Assembly: GCA_002104945.1 (NCBI GenBank)
Contig: MCFH01000026.1
Coordinates: forward strand, 186,001-250,000
Source of the DNA: Piromyces finnis finn
Taxonomy: Eukaryota; Fungi; Neocallimastigomycota
Length of the DNA stretch: 64,000 nucleotides
Reading direction: 5' to 3'
Below are positions 59,833 to 64,000 of the stretch, piece after piece (the stretch's first letter is position 1; every line of letters starts with the position of its first letter). The notes beneath the pieces are model-generated. The model worked only from the letters and a program-made list of their open reading frames with translations. It did not search any database and was not told the origin of the DNA. The position numbers and the translations under genes are program-made.

Positions 59833-62800
59833 ATAATGGGAGTAAGCAATCTCCCATAAAAACTAAAATTGCAAATAGTTCACAAAATACACAAGAAGCA
59901 CAAATAAATTCTAATATCTCTAATGAAAATAATTATTCTATTAATGCGGCTCAAAAGAAGAAAATAAATGTTAAAACATTAGATAAAAATAAAATATCAC
60001 CAAATAATAAAAGTATTGTCAAGCCCTCAATACTTAACCAACCTAACATTAGGAATTTAAAACAACAAAAGAAGGCTATTAGAGATACTCGTAGAAGAAA
60101 AATTAGTGAAGATAAAGATGAAGTTATGGAAGAAACCCCAAATGAAGAAATAGAAATAGAAAGTGAAGAAGAACAAAATAATACAAATGAAATACCTTTA
60201 GAAGAAGTTACTAATACAAAAGAACATATCCAACCTATTGAAATTAATAACTCTAATGATTCTACCAATGAAGAAACTTTTAAAAATAATAATGAAACAA
60301 GTGATGTAAAAGTAAAGAAAAATTCTGTCAAAACCAAAGTAACCACAAAAAGAAATATGACAGAAATACAAATGTTAAAAACCAAAGATAAATTTAGTAT
60401 AATTAAAGAAGCAAATAATTTATATCCAAAAATAAGTCTTTCCCAATTACTTTCTGCTAGTCCATCACTTAGAAAAGAATTAGAACAAGGATGTAAACCT
60501 AAAGTTGAAAAAGTGATGTACTCCTTTAATAACTCTAATATTCCATTAATAATTGGTGATATAGATGGAAAATATTTAAAAATTCTTTATGATACTGGCG
60601 CAAATGTCAATATCATTACTACAAATGGTTTTAATAAACTATCAAATAAAAATATTGAAAAAAGTGATGAGGAACAAAATATAACTATTGCTAATGGTAC
60701 TACTGTTCCTACAAATGTTTTTACTACTCTAAAAATAAATATTAATAATTGTTGTACTATTTTAGAAAAATTTTATATTATTGAACAAAGTAATCCATAC
60801 TTTGATATAATTTTTGGAAGAGGTATTCAAAAGAAATACCGTTTATTTATTGACCCTGATGATGATTATATATACCAGAAAACTAAAAAAGGTTTAAAGA
60901 AAATTACAAACATTATCAATAGTAATGATAATGATGCTAATGATATTCCCTTAATGAATTCTATAATTATTTCAAAAGAAGAAAACCAAGAATTTCAATA
61001 TATGTTAAAAGAAATCTTAAATTCAACACCTGATAATATTAAATCAAAATTTGAACACATTATAAATAAATATAAAAATTGTATGGCTACATCAATGTCT
61101 CAATTAACTACTGCGGATTTAGAACCTCATTCTATAATTACTACTACTAATAAACCAATAAAATTAAAACCTTATAAATTATCTAAGGAACATGCTGATA
61201 TTTTAAAAAGTGAAATTCTTTCATTACTTGATAAAGGTTTAATTACTCCTTCTCACTCTCCATGGTCATTTCCAGTTTTACTTGTACAAAAGAAAAATGG
61301 TAAATGGAGAATGTGTATTGATTATAGAAGACTTAATGAAATTACTATTAAGGATTCTTATGCACTTCCTTTTATTGATGAATTAATCTCTTCTGTTAAT
61401 GGTGCAAAAATATTTTATGCTTTAGATTTATATTCTGGCTACCACCAAATTCCTATGAACCCAAATGATGTTGAGAAAACTGCTTTTACAACAAAATTTG
61501 GTAATTATAATTTTAAAGTAATGCCATTTGGTTTAACTAATGCTCCCGCTACTTTCCAGCGAGAAATGAATAGGATTCTCTTACCATTAATTGGTAAATG
61601 TCTTTTTGTTTATATTGATGATATTGTTGTTTATTCTAAATCACCAGAAGAACATCTTTATCATTTACAACAAGTTTTTGAAATATTATCTAAATATAAT
61701 CTTTCTCTTAATTTACAAAAATGTAAATTCTTTCAAGAAAAGGTAGAAGTACTAGGACATGTACTTACACCTAACGGATTAAAAACTGTTCCTTCTAAAG
61801 TTCAAAGTATTGCTTTATGGAATGCTCCAAGAAATGTTAATGAACTAAGATCATTCCTAGGTTTAGCTAGTTACTACCGCAAATTTATTCAAAATTTTTC
61901 TATTAGAGCAAGCTCTCTTTTTAATTTATTAAAGAAAGACCAAGAATATATTTGGTCACAAGAATGTAATAATGCTTTTGAAGATATCCGACAATGTCTA
62001 TTAAGTGATCCTATTTTAAGTTATCCTGATTTTAATAAAGAATTTATTATTCGTACTGATGCATCAACTAATGGCATTGGTGCTGTACTCTTACAGGTGG
62101 AGGGGGACAAATTGGAACATCCAATTTGTTGTATTAGTCGTACTTTATCTACTTCAGAAAAGAATTATTCTGTTACTGACCTTGAAGGATTAGCTATTTA
62201 TTATGCAATTCTACAATTTCGTCAATATATTATAAGTAATAAAAATCCTACCATATTAATTACTGATCATAAACCATTACTGGGATTTTATAAAAAGAAT
62301 ATTCCATCAAAAGGTAGACATGCAAGATGGATTGAAGAATTTAATAAATATAAAATTGAATTAAAATATGATAAAGGAAAGAAAAATGTTTTTGCTGATG
62401 CCCTTTCAAGATTACCTTCTAAAAATTCTGATGAAATAGTAAATTGTGCTTATGCAATTTTGTCTGATTTTAATCCAAGAGATTTAGACCTACCTGAAGG
62501 AATAAAAAAATATTTTACTAAAAATTATCAAGTTGTTGATAATACTCTTTATTATAAAAAAGATGAATTATATCTTAAAGTTATTTACAAAGATGAAGAT
62601 AAAAAAGATATTATTAGTCGTGCTCATTCTGTTGGTCATGAAGGTGCTGAAAAGACCACAAATAGAATTTTAAAATCTTATTATTGGCCTGGTATTTGGA
62701 ATGATGTTAGAATGTGGGTAAAGTCCTGTAGAAAATGTCAACTTTGTAGACCTAAGCCTTTACCTAAAAATACTGAAGATAATATAACCCCAATTGAACA

Positions 62801-63674
62801 ACCATTTACTAGAGTCGGATTAGATATAGTTGGCCCATTACCACTTACTAAACATGGAAATTCTTATATTATTACCCTTGTTGATTATTTTACTAAATGG
62901 GTTGAAGCTAAAGCAATTCCAAATATGAAATCAGAAGAAGTAATAAAATTTTTAATAGAAGTAATAACAAGACATGGTCCACCAGAAATAATTGTTACTG
63001 ATAATGGAAGTTCATTTATTTCTGATATTACTAAAATGATGATTGATTTATATGGATCATGGGTTCATTTTGTTTCTCCTCATCACCTACAATCTAATGG
63101 TATGATTGAGAATAGAAACAAAGAAATAGGAAAAACTTTAAGACTCTTAATTGAAAATGAATCTGAATGGGATGAATATCTACCATCTGCATTATGGTCA
63201 CTTAGAACTACCAAAAATTCAAAAACAAAGTTTAGTAGTTTCGAATTATTATATGGTAGAAGAGACACATGGCCATTAGAAATAATGTTTCCCGATATTT
63301 ATAAAGATCCTAATGAAACAGAAGAAGAATATATTTTTAGAAGATTTTTAAGGCATCAAAATTGGGTAAAACAAGCTACTGAATATTCTAATCATGCTAA
63401 TCAATATTGGGAACATAGAATAGGTTTATCCAAAGCTTTAAAGAAGACTTATAAACCGGGTGATTATGTTATGATAAGATTAATAGGAAGAAGTAAATTA
63501 AATCCTTATTTTTATGGTCCTTATAAAGTTGTTAATAAACAAAAATTTAATACTGTTGTACTTGAAGATCCACATACAGGAAAACTACTTGATAGAAATG
63601 TACATATTAAAAATATTTTTCCTTACGTTCTACCAGAACAAAATTTAACTTCAAGGGACGAAGTTAATTCTTAA
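59823..63674 (+). CDS. Element E Pol, probably reached by -1 frameshift
   Basis: The -1 frame is open from TTTAAAC (59823) into ORF 60126..63674. Motifs: LYDTGAN protease, YIDD RT, IRTDASTNG RNase H, and integrase AHSVGH/CRKC, GLDIVGP, VTDNGSSF and GPY. No chromodomain. Confidence 0.93.
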   Translation, partial: FKLNNGSKQSPIKTKIANSSQNTQEAQINSNISNENNYSINAAQKKKINVKTLDKNKISPNNKSIVKPSILNQPNIRNLKQQKKAIRDTRRRKISEDKDEVMEETPNEEIEIESEEEQNNTNEIPLEEVTNTKEHIQPIEINNSNDSTNEETFKNNNETSDVKVKKNSVKTKVTTKRNMTEIQMLKTKDKFSIIKEANNLYPKISLSQLLSASPSLRKELEQGCKPKVEKVMYSFNNSNIPLIIGDIDGKYLKILYDTGANVNIITTNGFNKLSNKNIEKSDEEQNITIANGTTVPTNVFTTLKININNCCTILEKFYIIEQSNPYFDIIFGRGIQKKYRLFIDPDDDYIYQKTKKGLKKITNIINSNDNDANDIPLMNSIIISKEENQEFQYMLKEILNSTPDNIKSKFEHIINKYKNCMATSMSQLTTADLEPHSIITTTNKPIKLKPYKLSKEHADILKSEILSLLDKGLITPSHSPWSFPVLLVQKKNGKWRMCIDYRRLNEITIKDSYALPFIDELISSVNGAKIFYALDLYSGYHQIPMNPNDVEKTAFTTKFGNYNFKVMPFGLTNAPATFQREMNRILLPLIGKCLFVYIDDIVVYSKSPEEHLYHLQQVFEILSKYNLSLNLQKCKFFQEKVEVLGHVLTPNGLKTVPSKVQSIALWNAPRNVNELRSFLGLASYYRKFIQNFSIRASSLFNLLKKDQEYIWSQECNNAFEDIRQCLLSDPILSYPDFNKEFIIRTDASTNGIGAVLLQVEGDKLEHPICCISRTLSTSEKNYSVTDLEGLAIYYAILQFRQYIISNKNPTILITDHKPLLGFYKKNIPSKGRHARWIEEFNKYKIELKYDKGKKNVFADALSRLPSKNSDEIVNCAYAILSDFNPRDLDLPEGIKKYFTKNYQVVDNTLYYKKDELYLKVIYKDEDKKDIISRAHSVGHEGAEKTTNRILKSYYWPGIWNDVRMWVKSCRKCQLCRPKPLPKNTEDNITPIEQPFTRVGLDIVGPLPLTKHGNSYIITLVDYFTKWVEAKAIPNMKSEEVIKFLIEVITRHGPPEIIVTDNGSSFISDITKMMIDLYGSWVHFVSPHHLQSNGMIENRNKEIGKTLRLLIENESEWDEYLPSALWSLRTTKNSKTKFSSFELLYGRRDTWPLEIMFPDIYKDPNETEEEYIFRRFLRHQNWVKQATEYSNHANQYWEHRIGLSKALKKTYKPGDYVMIRLIGRSKLNPYFYGPYKVVNKQKFNTVVLEDPHTGKLLDRNVHIKNIFPYVLPEQNLTSRDEVNS

Positions 63675-64000
63675 AAGGCCGAGAAACTGATAAATAATGA
63701 AATTAATAAATATAAAATTATTATTAAACCTGATTTTTAAGTTAACCCTAAAAGTAACTTAAAACAAGTTATAGTTTAATTAAGTACTTTACCAAAATTC
63801 TTAAATAAAATTAATCCTAAACACTGCATATATTTTGATTATTGAAAGAAAATAATAAACTTTAATTAATCGAGATCAAAATATATAACTCTTGTTAAAT
63901 TAATTGTTAAATTAAATATTTAATAACTTCGTTAGTAAATTACACTTTAAAAGTAAACAAATATAATAATTCATGTTATAAAATAATATAATTAAACACC

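Larger units (their letters stand above)
51375..64000 (+). mobile_element. Element E: non-chromodomain Ty3/gypsy retrotransposon (runs off the window), with a copia-type element nested in its leader
   Basis: 5' LTR at 51375..52185 (TGATA...TATCA). PBS TGGTCCTTCGAACCGGA at 52187 (tRNA-Tyr 3' end complement). The 3' LTR starts at 63688 after the PPT aaaaggccgagaaac and matches 51375 onward with one difference seen. Confidence 0.92.

Overview
Eukaryotic, extremely AT-rich genomic DNA with short spliceosomal introns. The composition and gene style suggest an anaerobic gut fungus (Neocallimastigomycota), but this is inference. The first ~14.5 kb holds three minus-strand host genes: a small secreted Cys-rich protein, a leucine-rich-repeat protein built from 69-nt exons, and RPB2. 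The remaining ~49 kb is a nest of LTR retrotransposons around a small host island (tRNA-Trp, Old Yellow Enzyme gene, inverted tRNA-Trp). I resolved the nest by eye from TG..CA termini, target-site duplications (TSDs), primer-binding sites (PBS) and polypurine tracts (PPT); element letters are my own labels. It contains chromodomain Ty3/gypsy elements (A, B, J, K), non-chromodomain Ty3/gypsy elements with separate gag and pol (C, E), related solo LTRs (C, D, F), two copia-type relics and other solo LTRs. Main observations: (1) the A and B LTRs each begin with an A-box/B-box Pol III promoter with tRNA spacing, and element C inserted in front of one of them at nearly the same offset and orientation as four insertions in front of the real tRNA genes; (2) a ~210-nt covarying structured RNA is shared by the leaders of the distantly related elements B and C; (3) a copia-LTR-bounded element carries a decayed seryl-tRNA synthetase fragment; (4) both copia relics have a PBS matching the anticodon arm of tRNA-Lys(CUU); (5) self-priming in A and B and -1 frameshifting in C and E are each supported by a signal seen in two elements. 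All alignments and identities were judged by eye, with no database search. Exon and degenerate-element boundaries may be off by a few bases.
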